The position numbers and the translations under genes are program-made. Below, piece by piece: positions 40,782 to 50,546 of a DNA stretch of 64,000 nt; positions within the stretch are counted from its first letter, which is position 1, and each line of letters starts with the position of its first letter. The stretch lies in NCBI GenBank assembly GCA_964544275.1, contig CAZIZX010000001.1:49576-113575 (forward strand), written 5' to 3'. The notes under the pieces were generated by a model. That model searched no databases. It was not told the DNA's origin and worked only from the letters and a program-made list of their open reading frames with translations. Source of the DNA: an uncultured Gammaproteobacteria bacterium (GTDB lineage: Bacteria > Patescibacteriota > Microgenomatia > UBA12405).

Positions 40782-41206
40782 TGCCAACATTCAATCAACT
40801 AATCAAAAAAGGACGCAAAAAAAGAGATATAAAGGTGAAAACTGGTGCTTTGCGGGATAACTTTAACAGTATCAAGAATAACACTGTAAATACTTATAAT
40901 CCGCAAAAAAAAGGTGTCGTCACAGTTGTCAAGACTATGACTCCCAAAAAACCACACTCAGCTTTACGAAAAGTGGCTAGAGTCAAATTAAGTAATCGTA
41001 CTCAGGTTACTGCCTACATCCCGGGCATTGGTCACAACCTGGCCGAACACGGAATTGTATCCATTCGGGGTGGGAAAGTTAGAGATTTACCGGGTGTCCG
41101 TTACCACATTATCCGGGGTAAATATGATGCCAGCTCGGTTGCCGGAAGGTTACAGTCCCGAAGCAAGTACGGTGCCAAAAAACCAGCTTCAACTGAATCC
41201 AAATAA
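40781..41206 (+). CDS. rpsL: 30S ribosomal protein S12
   Basis: [25 protein letters not shown]. Confidence 0.97.
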   Translation: MPTFNQLIKKGRKKRDIKVKTGALRDNFNSIKNNTVNTYNPQKKGVVTVVKTMTPKKPHSALRKVARVKLSNRTQVTAYIPGIGHNLAEHGIVSIRGGKVRDLPGVRYHIIRGKYDASSVAGRLQSRSKYGAKKPASTESK

Positions 41207-41220
41207 AAATTAAAAATAAT

Positions 41221-41703
41221 ATGGCAAGAAAAGGTCCCGCAAAAATTAGGCAAATCAAACCAGACCAGGTTTACCAAAGTCAATTAGTCAACAAAATCAT
41301 AAATTACATTATGCTTGATGGCAAAAAAGGCCCGGCGGCCAAGCAGGTTTATAACGCTTTGACCATCCTTCAAAAAGAGTTCCCCAAAGAAGATATTATT
41401 GTCACCTTGGAGCAATCTATCAGCAACATAAAACCCAAAGTTGAAGTCAGGCCGCGCAGAATCGGAGGCGCTGTTTATCAAGTCCCAACTCCGGTTCGTG
41501 GTAGTCGCCAAAATTCTTTGGCCATCAGATGGTTAGTCACTGCTGCTCGTGCCCGAAGCAACACTCAGTACCACACTTTTGCTGGAAAATTAGCTGCCGA
41601 ACTCATGGCTGCCTTGAATAATGAAGGATCGGCTATTACCAAAAGAGTTGAAGTTGAGAGGATGGCAGAAGCCAACAAAGCCTTTGCCCACTTGCGCTGG
41701 TAA
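41221..41703 (+). CDS. rpsG: 30S ribosomal protein S7
   Basis: RRIGGAVYQVP, MAEANKAFAH. Confidence 0.97.
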   Translation: MARKGPAKIRQIKPDQVYQSQLVNKIINYIMLDGKKGPAAKQVYNALTILQKEFPKEDIIVTLEQSISNIKPKVEVRPRRIGGAVYQVPTPVRGSRQNSLAIRWLVTAARARSNTQYHTFAGKLAAELMAALNNEGSAITKRVEVERMAEANKAFAHLRW

Positions 41704-41729
41704 AAAAAATTGGCCATACTAATAATAGG

Positions 41730-43136
41730 ATGCAACTATTCTCTAAGCCCAAAATTGTCATCTGGCCCAAATCTCAAAGTGTCGAAATATTTATTGACCG
41801 GAGAGAGAACAACACCATTATCTTTGATCTAAATCTTTGGGAAGATACGACAGAAGCTAATCTACAACCTCTGGAATTTTATCTAAAACAAAATAAAATT
41901 CAGCGCTGCTCAGTTCTAGTGCCCGACGATATTGTTTTGACCAAAGCCTTTATCTATGACACCAAAATTGATTCTATCGAAAAAAAGGACGTTATTGGTT
42001 TGGCCGAAAGTTTTGTCTCATTCAAAATCGATCCAGAAACCATCGATTATAACTTGGTTCAAGATACCGATAAGACAATTATTCAATCACGAATATTCGA
42101 TCAGGACAAAATTAACCACTTTCATGCTAATTTGTCCAAACTAAATTTAAGCATTGATTCAATGGTTCCGGTTTCCCAGTCCATCGCCGGTGTGATCAAT
42201 AATATCTATGACCAGGAGTATTTTCTGGTTTATCCTCTCAATAATAATGAGTACACCTTACTTCTGGCCAGAAGTGACTCAGTCTATTTGACCAACAATC
42301 TCAAAGGCCCATCTTTGGATATCCAAAAAACCATCAACTATTCAAATCTATATTTTAAAGAATCCATCAAGAAAATATTTTTACCCAAAGAGGATATCGA
42401 TCTCAACTCAACCTCACAATTAGACAGAACTACATTTTCTGATTCCCAAATTGCCCAACGTTACTCCAAACCGACCAACTTTCCTCTTCCGGTTCTGGGT
42501 GTTTTCCTCGAGACTAATCGCCAGTCTGCTGATATAATAAGTACACCAGTATCTACGTTAGAAGTTTCTCCACCATCAACAAAACCTATGAACGCAGCAA
42601 AAAAGAATATATTACCCATAGTAGCCGTATTTATTTTTACAGCTGCCCTAGCATCCTTTATCATTTGGTTTGTTTTAAACAACAATTCTTCAGCTGACAT
42701 TGAATCTCCAATCGCCGAGAATCAGTCTCAAGATATCCCTGTAGTTGAATATTTCCCCACCGAAGTACCGCAACCTTCACCCACTGTTGAACCAGTAGAC
42801 AAGGACCTAAAAATTCAGGTACTTAACGCTACTGAAATTAATGGTCAGGCTGCCACCCTAAAACAGCGACTAGTAGCCTTGGGCTTTACTAGCGTAGCCG
42901 TGGGGAATAGTAGTGAAAAACTTACCTCAAATGAAGTCAGAACTAAACCGTCACTATCAACACAGTCAACTTATTTCGAGCAAAACTTAGACTTTGATGC
43001 CACCTTTGTGTCAACCCTAAGTGAAACCGGTACTTATGATTTGGTTTTTGTTATTGGTGAAGATTTGAGTCAAGGCAGTGCCACCTCGACTCCCACCGCC
43101 ACAATAAAACCTACTACCGCTGAGGACTCCGAATAA
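41730..43136 (+). CDS. Membrane protein with a PilM-like (tentative) N-domain, TM and LytR_C domain
   Basis: C-terminal IQVLNATEINGQA, LGF, VGNS and DLVFVIGED match LytR_C; N-terminal VLVPDDIVLTK...SFKIDPETIDY is reminiscent of PilM. Confidence 0.7.
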   Translation: MQLFSKPKIVIWPKSQSVEIFIDRRENNTIIFDLNLWEDTTEANLQPLEFYLKQNKIQRCSVLVPDDIVLTKAFIYDTKIDSIEKKDVIGLAESFVSFKIDPETIDYNLVQDTDKTIIQSRIFDQDKINHFHANLSKLNLSIDSMVPVSQSIAGVINNIYDQEYFLVYPLNNNEYTLLLARSDSVYLTNNLKGPSLDIQKTINYSNLYFKESIKKIFLPKEDIDLNSTSQLDRTTFSDSQIAQRYSKPTNFPLPVLGVFLETNRQSADIISTPVSTLEVSPPSTKPMNAAKKNILPIVAVFIFTAALASFIIWFVLNNNSSADIESPIAENQSQDIPVVEYFPTEVPQPSPTVEPVDKDLKIQVLNATEINGQAATLKQRLVALGFTSVAVGNSSEKLTSNEVRTKPSLSTQSTYFEQNLDFDATFVSTLSETGTYDLVFVIGEDLSQGSATSTPTATIKPTTAEDSE

Positions 43137-43180
43137 TTCATTATCTTGCTATTGACAATTTAATAAACTAGACTTGTCTC

Positions 43181-44191
43181 ATGAAGATTCTAATAACAGG
43201 TGGGTTAGGATTTATCGGTTCCAATTTTATTCACCACTGGTTAAATAACCATCCGCAGGACCAGATTGTCAATCTGGATAATTTAACCTATGCTGCCAAC
43301 CTCCAGAGTCTTTCCGACTTGGAAAATTCACCCAACTATCAATTTATCAAAGGAGATATTTGTGATCCGTCCATTGTTAACCAGACGATGGAAGGAATCA
43401 ACATCGTCATTCACTTTGCAGCTGAATCCCACGTTGATCGTTCGATTGATGACCCCTCCCTTTTTATTAAAACCAATGTTTTGGGTACTTATACATTATT
43501 AAATAGCGCCCTTCAACACCATGTAACCCGATTCCATCACGTTTCCACCGACGAAGTTTTTGGATCTATAGGGCTAAATACATCAGATCAGTTTCGGGAA
43601 ACTACACCCTACGATCCCAGCAGTCCATATTCTGCCAGTAAAGCCTCATCGGATCATTTTGTCAGAGCCTTTAGCAAGACTTTTAAACTCCCCATTACAA
43701 TTACTAATTGCTCCAACAACTACGGTCCCTTCCAAAACCCGGAAAAGTTTATTCCCAGAATGATTACCAATCTTTTGGATGGTAAAAAAGTGCCTATTTA
43801 CGGTCAGGGTTTAAATCTTCGTGACTGGCTTTATGTAAAAGACCACTGTGTTGCCATTGAGACAGTCATCCAAAAAGGCGTTATCGGAGAAACTTACTGC
43901 GTTGGCGGTCTAAAAGGTGGTACCAGTAATCTCAAAATCGTCAAAACCGTGCTAAAAATATTAGGTTTGGATGAGTCCTGGATCGAATATGTTCCTGACC
44001 GTCCAGCTCACGACAACTATTCCGTCGACTGGTCAAAAATAAAAAATCAACTAGGTTGGCAGCCAGCCTTTGATTTAGAATCCGGCTTGAAAGCTACTAT
44101 CGATTGGTACAAAAACAACCAAGCCTGGTGGCGTACCGCCAAGACCGAAGCCGAACAATTCTATCAGAAGTTAGCCCAAAGAAACACCTAA
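43181..44191 (+). CDS. rfbB: dTDP-glucose 4,6-dehydratase
   Basis: ITGGLGFIGSNF, HFAAESHVDRSI, STDEVFG, YSASK, NCSNNYGP, RDWLYV. Confidence 0.96.
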   Translation: MKILITGGLGFIGSNFIHHWLNNHPQDQIVNLDNLTYAANLQSLSDLENSPNYQFIKGDICDPSIVNQTMEGINIVIHFAAESHVDRSIDDPSLFIKTNVLGTYTLLNSALQHHVTRFHHVSTDEVFGSIGLNTSDQFRETTPYDPSSPYSASKASSDHFVRAFSKTFKLPITITNCSNNYGPFQNPEKFIPRMITNLLDGKKVPIYGQGLNLRDWLYVKDHCVAIETVIQKGVIGETYCVGGLKGGTSNLKIVKTVLKILGLDESWIEYVPDRPAHDNYSVDWSKIKNQLGWQPAFDLESGLKATIDWYKNNQAWWRTAKTEAEQFYQKLAQRNT

Positions 44192-45489
44192 CTATCCGAT
44201 ACTATTTTAGCAATCTTGTTTCCTTCTCTGACGGCAAAGTTAATACCTCTATCTTCCGGAAATATTTGGGAAAAATTAGACAAAAACACATTATTTATCG
44301 GTGTTCTATAACTTGGAATGTTTTTTGGATAATCACAGCCAACTACATGTTGCGCATTTTTTAATTTGAACACAAGCTGATTGGTAATTTTATTTTTATC
44401 GAATTTAGGAAACATTCGTTTCAAATACCCCAAAAATTCCTGTTCAATTTTTTTATTATCTATCTCAAAATATTTATGGTTATTGGGCACATAAGTTCCC
44501 ATATAATACACTTCTTCGCCACCATATTTCTTTCTACCAATCAAATTGGTGTGCTGAATAAATGCCAAAAAAGGAGACTCCGGGTCATTGATATTATGCC
44601 AATAATATTCACTCAAATTTTGTTTGGAAGTAAAAACACTCACCACCGCTCCCAAATAGTCAATTGAATTTAATTTATTCAGGTAATTCATCCCAGCACT
44701 TGTGTCAATCATTCCAGCAAAAACATAAGAGGGAACAGTGCAAATTAGTTTGTCAAACCGAATTACCTTGTCGGTTTTTACCTCAACAGACTCATCCTCA
44801 TTATTAATACTGCCAACCCGTGTATTTAAACGAATCGTTCCACCCATCTTTTTTATTTGCTCTGCCAATTTATCAATCACCACCTGGAAACCCCCGTCAA
44901 AATAACCCAGATATTCTTTAGTATCACCTTTTTCTTTGGAATTTCCTCGGGTGTGAATTCTTGCCCATAGCCAGGCCATAGAAACTTGTCTATAATAATC
45001 ATGAAATTTACCCTTAAGAAGCGGTTCCCAAATAATTCGATATGCCTTCCGACCACACATCTTTTCCATCCACTGACAAGCTGGAACATTTATATATTTT
45101 TCGTGATCCTTATCTTTTTGAAGATATATTCCCACCATCCCCAGTCTCAATTTATCCAAAGTTCCTAACGGTTTAAACCGCAGTAAGTCCATTGGAGTTA
45201 CAAATGGATATAACTTCCCATTATAATAAAGCCCTATCGAACTTTCATTCCACACCAGCTTTTCTCTAATTTGAAGTTCGTCAGCTAGATTAATAATATC
45301 TTTATCCGTTTTAAAAATATGATGGTAAGCCATTTCCAGACTAGCCCCATCAATCTTAAAACCCGCCGCCAACCCCCCCAGAGTTTCGCCAGCCTCCAGA
45401 ACCGTTACTTTGTGTCCCGTTTTCAAAAGTCGATATGCCGCCACCAAACCAGTAAAACCCCCTCCGACGATTCCTATATGTTGCTTCAT
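44188..45489 (-). CDS. FAD-dependent oxidoreductase (amine oxidase/protoporphyrinogen oxidase-like)
   Basis: IVGGGFTGL Rossmann motif, LGGLA, YHHIF, PEDRGIN. Confidence 0.85.
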   Translation of the reverse strand: MKQHIGIVGGGFTGLVAAYRLLKTGHKVTVLEAGETLGGLAAGFKIDGASLEMAYHHIFKTDKDIINLADELQIREKLVWNESSIGLYYNGKLYPFVTPMDLLRFKPLGTLDKLRLGMVGIYLQKDKDHEKYINVPACQWMEKMCGRKAYRIIWEPLLKGKFHDYYRQVSMAWLWARIHTRGNSKEKGDTKEYLGYFDGGFQVVIDKLAEQIKKMGGTIRLNTRVGSINNEDESVEVKTDKVIRFDKLICTVPSYVFAGMIDTSAGMNYLNKLNSIDYLGAVVSVFTSKQNLSEYYWHNINDPESPFLAFIQHTNLIGRKKYGGEEVYYMGTYVPNNHKYFEIDNKKIEQEFLGYLKRMFPKFDKNKITNQLVFKLKNAQHVVGCDYPKNIPSYRTPINNVFLSNFSQIFPEDRGINFAVREGNKIAKIVSDS

Positions 45490-45555
45490 CTTATGATATG
45501 ATACACTGTTATTCATCGTAATTATTAATTATCCATTACTTACAACTTTATTAAT

Positions 45556-47664
45556 ATGGCCGACATTATCAAACTTAGCAAAAACCGCGACTTACCTATG
45601 GATAAGGTTCGAAATATTGGAATTATTGCCCACATCGATGCCGGAAAAACCACCACCACCGAAAGAATCCTTTTTTACACCGGAAAAATCCACAAAATAG
45701 GTGTGGTGGATGACGGTACCACTACCACCGACTCCATGGCCCAGGAAAAGGAGCGGGGTATTACTATTCAATCCGCTTGTACCACTACTTTTTGGAAAGA
45801 TCATCGTTTTAACATTATCGACACTCCAGGCCATGTCGATTTTACTGCGGAAGTTGAGAGATCCTTACGCGTTCTTGATGGCGCCATCATGGTGTTTGAC
45901 GGTAATGCCGGTGTTCAAGCTCAATCGGAAACCGTTTGGCGTCAGGCTGACAAATATGGCGTTCCCAGGTTGGCTTTTGTCAACAAAATGGACAAAGTTG
46001 GGTCAGATTTCAATATGGTTCTAAGAAGTATCGACGAAAAATTAAAAGCTCCTGTCATTCCTATGGTCATTCCTGTTGGCAAAGAACATGAATTTGTGGG
46101 TGTCATTGACCTGATGGAAATGAAACAAATAGTCTGGGACAAAGATGACCAAGGCATCGAATTTACCACCAAAGAAATCGATTCTGACTTAATTTCCACC
46201 GCTCAAGCAGCCAGGGCTCTAATGGTCGAAAAAATTGCCGGAGAAGACGAAGTTCTGATGGAAAAATTTCTAAACGATCAGGAAATTTCTGTACCCGAAC
46301 TCAAAGCTGTATTGCGCCGAGCCACTATTGCTCGAAGGCTTTTCCCGATTTATTGTGGATCATCTTGGAGAAACAAAGGCGTCCAGCCCGTACTTGATGG
46401 CGTTGTTGATTTTCTGCCTTCACCATTAGACCTGCCGCCCGTTGAGGGTTATGACATTGCCAGCGGAGAAATTTTAACCCGAAAACCGGAAAAATCCGAA
46501 GCTTTATCAGCCCTTCTTTTCAAAGTTCAATCAGATCCGCATGTTGGCACCCTATCTTATGTCCGAATTTATTCCGGCACCCTTAAGGCTGGTTCGGAAG
46601 TTCTAAATGCCACCAAAGATAAAAGCGAGAGGATTGGCCGGCTCTTGTTAATGCACGCCGACAAACGCGAAGGCATCGAAGAAGGCTTCGCCGGAGAAAT
46701 TGTCGCCTGTATCGGTCTCAAAGAATCTACTACTGGCGATACTTTATGCGATAAATTACATCCAATTTCTTTATCGCCAATTCAATTTTCCGATCCGGTT
46801 ATCTCTCTTTCAATTGAACCTGAAACTGCCGACGATCAGGAAAAAATGGGAGCAGCCCTAAATAGATTAGCCACCGAAGATCCCACTTTTAGGGTTTCTT
46901 ACAACCATGAAACCGGGCAAACTATTATTGCCGGCATGGGCGAACTTTATCTGGACATCATCGTTGATCGTCTCAAAAGAGAATTCACTGTAAATGTTAA
47001 AACCGGTGCTCCTCAAGTTGCTTATCGCGAAACTATTATTTCCAAATCCGAAGGTGAGGGTAAATATATTCACCAGTCTGGCGGTCATGGTCAATATGGT
47101 CACTGTAAAATCCGAATCGAGCCCAAAAATCGTGGCGAAGGCGTCGAATTTATTAATGCCGTCAAAGGTGGCGCCATTCCCAGTAATTTCATCCCCGCCA
47201 TCGAAAAAGGCGTCAGAGAAACCCTCCAGAAAGGTATTATTGCTGGTTATCCGGCCACCGATATTCAAGTTACCGTATATGATGGGACCTACCACGATGT
47301 TGATTCATCTGAAATGGCTTTCAAATTAGCCGGTTCTTACGCCATCAAAGACGCTTTCGAAAAAGCCAGCCCCATTGTCTTGGAACCAATAATGAAACTG
47401 GAAGTCAACACCCCATCTGAATTTTTGGGTACTGTTATTGGAGATCTTTCCTCCCGGCGCGGTCAAATTAGCGGTACCACCGAAAGTAACAACTTTACTA
47501 CCGTCAACGCCTTCATTCCGCTTGAGGCCGTCAGAGGCTATGCTACCGTTATTCGAAGTCTAACCCAGGGTCGAGGATCTTTTTACATGGAACCGTCTCA
47601 CTACGACCCCGTCCCTTCGGATGTCCAACAGGGCTTGCTGATTAGCAAAAGTACCAAAAGTTAA
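45556..47664 (+). CDS. fusA: Elongation factor G
   Basis: AHIDAGKTT, RGITI, DTPGHVDF, HDVDSSEMAF. Confidence 0.98.
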   Translation: MADIIKLSKNRDLPMDKVRNIGIIAHIDAGKTTTTERILFYTGKIHKIGVVDDGTTTTDSMAQEKERGITIQSACTTTFWKDHRFNIIDTPGHVDFTAEVERSLRVLDGAIMVFDGNAGVQAQSETVWRQADKYGVPRLAFVNKMDKVGSDFNMVLRSIDEKLKAPVIPMVIPVGKEHEFVGVIDLMEMKQIVWDKDDQGIEFTTKEIDSDLISTAQAARALMVEKIAGEDEVLMEKFLNDQEISVPELKAVLRRATIARRLFPIYCGSSWRNKGVQPVLDGVVDFLPSPLDLPPVEGYDIASGEILTRKPEKSEALSALLFKVQSDPHVGTLSYVRIYSGTLKAGSEVLNATKDKSERIGRLLLMHADKREGIEEGFAGEIVACIGLKESTTGDTLCDKLHPISLSPIQFSDPVISLSIEPETADDQEKMGAALNRLATEDPTFRVSYNHETGQTIIAGMGELYLDIIVDRLKREFTVNVKTGAPQVAYRETIISKSEGEGKYIHQSGGHGQYGHCKIRIEPKNRGEGVEFINAVKGGAIPSNFIPAIEKGVRETLQKGIIAGYPATDIQVTVYDGTYHDVDSSEMAFKLAGSYAIKDAFEKASPIVLEPIMKLEVNTPSEFLGTVIGDLSSRRGQISGTTESNNFTTVNAFIPLEAVRGYATVIRSLTQGRGSFYMEPSHYDPVPSDVQQGLLISKSTKS

Positions 47665-47676
47665 GCAACTTTGTTG

Positions 47677-47762
47677 TTGCAAACGAGCAATTTAGTTGCT
47701 ACAATCTTAAAGCGTTTTAGCTACATATTTACTAGCTAGAAAACTTGTCTAAAATTAGACAA
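47677..47762 (+). promoter_or_regulatory. tuf promoter and two leader hairpins
   Basis: TTGCAA 47677-47682, 17 bp spacer, TACAAT 47700-47705; inverted repeats at 47714-47744 and TTGTCTA-AAAT-TAGACAA 47745-47762. Confidence 0.65.
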
Positions 47763-47789
47763 AAAATAATAATTAAAAAGGAGACATAA

Positions 47790-48962
47790 ATGGCAGACAC
47801 TTTTCAAAGAAACAAGCCGCACGTCAACGTCGGTACTATCGGCCACGTTGATCATGGAAAAACTACCCTCTCCGCTGCTATTTCAAAGGTGCAGGGTAAT
47901 CCAAAATCTTATCAGGATATCGCCAAAGGAGGAACGGTTAGGGACGCTTCGAAAATCGTCACTATTGCCATTTCCCATCTTGAATACGAATCTGACAAGA
48001 GACATTACGCTCACATAGATTGTCCCGGTCACGCTGATTACGTCAAAAACATGATCACTGGTGCCGCTCAAATGGATGGTGCCATATTGGTGGTGTCAGC
48101 CCCGGATGGTCCCATGCCTCAGACCAGAGAGCACGTTCTCTTGGCCAACCAGGTCAATGTTCCCAAACTTGTAGTTTTCTTAAACAAAGTTGATTTAGTT
48201 GAAGACCCCGAATTTTTGGATTTAGTCGAGATGGAAATCAGAGATCTTTTGACCAAATACGGCTTTGATGGTGATAATGCTCCCATCATTCGCGGTTCCG
48301 CCCTCAAAGCACTTAATGGTGACGCTGAAGGTGTTGAATCTATCAAGAAACTCATGGAAGCCCTGGACACTTATATTCCTGAACCCACCCGTGAACTTGA
48401 CCAGCCTTTCTTACTACCCATTGAAGATGTTTTCTCCATCAAAGGCCGAGGCACTGTTGCTACCGGTAGAATCGAAAGAGGCATTGTTAAGGTGAACGAA
48501 GAAGTTGAAATTGTTGGTCTTCGTCCCACCCAAAAGGCCGTTGTTACCGGGGTAGAGATGTTTCACAAAATCCTGGATCAGGGTCAAGCCGGAGACAACG
48601 TCGGTATTCTTTTGAGAGGTATCGAAAAAGAGGATATTGAAAGAGGTCAGGTTATTGCCAAGCCCGGTTCAATCACTCCTCATACCGAATTCAAGGCCGA
48701 AGTCTACTTGCTTAAAAAGGAAGAAGGTGGTCGCCACACCCCGGTCTTTACCGGTTACCGTCCCCAGGTGTTCATCAGGACCACTGATGTCACCGGCGAT
48801 GTTCAACTTCCCGAGGGTGTAGAAATGGTTATGCCTGGCGATAATGCCAATGTAGTCATTAAGTTAATTAAACCGGTAGCTATGCAACCGGGTCAAAGAT
48901 TCGCTATCCGCGAAGGTGGTTTGACTGTGGGTGCCGGTGCTATTACCGAAATAATAAAGTAA
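47790..48962 (+). CDS. tuf: Elongation factor Tu
   Basis: [36 protein letters not shown]; AAGGAG SD. Confidence 0.98.
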   Translation: MADTFQRNKPHVNVGTIGHVDHGKTTLSAAISKVQGNPKSYQDIAKGGTVRDASKIVTIAISHLEYESDKRHYAHIDCPGHADYVKNMITGAAQMDGAILVVSAPDGPMPQTREHVLLANQVNVPKLVVFLNKVDLVEDPEFLDLVEMEIRDLLTKYGFDGDNAPIIRGSALKALNGDAEGVESIKKLMEALDTYIPEPTRELDQPFLLPIEDVFSIKGRGTVATGRIERGIVKVNEEVEIVGLRPTQKAVVTGVEMFHKILDQGQAGDNVGILLRGIEKEDIERGQVIAKPGSITPHTEFKAEVYLLKKEEGGRHTPVFTGYRPQVFIRTTDVTGDVQLPEGVEMVMPGDNANVVIKLIKPVAMQPGQRFAIREGGLTVGAGAITEIIK

Positions 48963-48966
48963 AAAA

Positions 48967-49278
48967 ATGGCCAAAGGTAACCGCATTCGCATCAGACTAA
49001 AATCATTCGATCATCGAATTATCGATGAGGCGGCCATGAAGATAGTCGAAGCAGCGGTTACCGCAGGTGCCACAGTTCAAGGTCCCATCCCTCTTCCAAC
49101 CGACAGAAAAGTTATTACAGTTTTGACTAGTCCTCACACTGACAAAAATGCCCGGGATCACTATGAAATATTGACCCACAAGCGTTTAATTGACATATCC
49201 AACACCAGTCTACGGACAGTTGATAGTCTTCAGCACCTAGACCTGCCTTCGGGTGTCGAGATTGAAGTCAAAATGTAA
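48967..49278 (+). CDS. rpsJ: 30S ribosomal protein S10
   Basis: [24 protein letters not shown]. Confidence 0.97.
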   Translation: MAKGNRIRIRLKSFDHRIIDEAAMKIVEAAVTAGATVQGPIPLPTDRKVITVLTSPHTDKNARDHYEILTHKRLIDISNTSLRTVDSLQHLDLPSGVEIEVKM

Positions 49279-49286
49279 GGAGTACC

Positions 49287-49907
49287 ATGATCTCAGGATT
49301 TATTGCCAAAAAACAGAAAATGAGTAATCAGTTTGATTCAAAAGGTCGACGGATCTCTGTGACCATCCTTAAAGCAGAACCCCTGAAGGTTACTCAGCTC
49401 AAATCTATCGAAAAAGATGGCTATACCTCCGTTCAAATAGCTTTCGGCCAAAAAAAAAGACAAACTAAAGCCATCGAAGTCAAACTAAAAAAGATCAAAA
49501 ATAATACTGTCCCAAAAGGTTTTAAGGAATTTTCTCAAACCTCAGAAGAAAAAATTGAAGTAGGTAATGAAATAAAAATTGATTCAGTCTTTACAATTGG
49601 CGATGTTATTAGTGTTACCGGCACATCCAAGGGGCATGGTTTCGCTGGCGTTGTCAAGCGCCACGGTTTTCATCGTCAGGGTGTTACCGGTGGCCAATCC
49701 GATCGCACTCGCGCTCCCGGTTCTATCGGTGCTCAAACCCCCGGAAAAGTAATCAAAGGTAAAAAAATGCCGGGCCATTTTGGCAATGTCACTAAAACAG
49801 TTAGTAATCTAAAAATAATCTCTCTCAATACGGAAAATAACGAGTTAATCATTAGTGGATCTGTCCCGGGTGCCAGAAACTCTTGGGTGGTCATAACCAA
49901 ACAATAA
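49287..49907 (+). CDS. rplC: 50S ribosomal protein L3
   Basis: DGYTSVQ, SKGHGFAGVVKRHGF, RAPGSIG. Confidence 0.97.
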   Translation: MISGFIAKKQKMSNQFDSKGRRISVTILKAEPLKVTQLKSIEKDGYTSVQIAFGQKKRQTKAIEVKLKKIKNNTVPKGFKEFSQTSEEKIEVGNEIKIDSVFTIGDVISVTGTSKGHGFAGVVKRHGFHRQGVTGGQSDRTRAPGSIGAQTPGKVIKGKKMPGHFGNVTKTVSNLKIISLNTENNELIISGSVPGARNSWVVITKQ

Positions 49908-49908
49908 A

Positions 49909-50544
49909 ATGAAAGTCAAAGTATACGACATTAACGCCAAAGAAATTGACCAAATAACTCTGCCATCTTCAATTTTTTCGGCCAAAATTTCTAACGACTT
50001 AATCACCAAATCAGTTCGTGCTTATCTGGGAAATCAACGCAAAGCTCAAGCCAAGGCCAAAAATAGAGCCGAAGTTTCCGGTACCACCAAAAAAATCTGG
50101 GCCCAAAAGGGCACTGGACGTGCCCGCCATGGTAGCACCAAAGCTCCGATTTTTGTTGGCGGCGGCGTCGCCCATGGTCCTCGTGGTCTTCAAAATTACA
50201 AAATAAAACTTAACAAAAAAGAAAAAACTTTGGCCGTCAAATCGATATTATCTAAGTTTGCCGCCAACAAAGGCATTATTGTTGTTGACGGTATCAACAA
50301 AATTCAGCCTAAAACCAAAATCGCCCAGAAACTAATTACTAACCTCAAAGAAGGCAACAAGGATTTGGGGAAAAGTAAAAATATAGCTTTAATTACCACT
50401 GAAACATTAATTAATGTTAAAAGAGCTTTCGGTAATTTACCTGAAGTCAACTTACTAAACCTTAAGTCACTAAATACCTACAAATTATCTCGCCAAAACT
50501 ATTTAATCTTTAGTAAAAAGGCCGTTAAAGGATTAGAAAAATAA
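49909..50544 (+). CDS. rplD: 50S ribosomal protein L4
   Basis: QKGTGRARHG, GGGVAHGP. Confidence 0.97.
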   Translation: MKVKVYDINAKEIDQITLPSSIFSAKISNDLITKSVRAYLGNQRKAQAKAKNRAEVSGTTKKIWAQKGTGRARHGSTKAPIFVGGGVAHGPRGLQNYKIKLNKKEKTLAVKSILSKFAANKGIIVVDGINKIQPKTKIAQKLITNLKEGNKDLGKSKNIALITTETLINVKRAFGNLPEVNLLNLKSLNTYKLSRQNYLIFSKKAVKGLEK

Positions 50545-50546
50545 TT

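Noticed and set aside
44188-45489. Horizontal transfer of the oxidoreductase inferred from its G-ending codons
   Set aside because: Another minus-strand gene shows the same shift, so strand bias is a simpler explanation; HGT is not excluded but is unsupported
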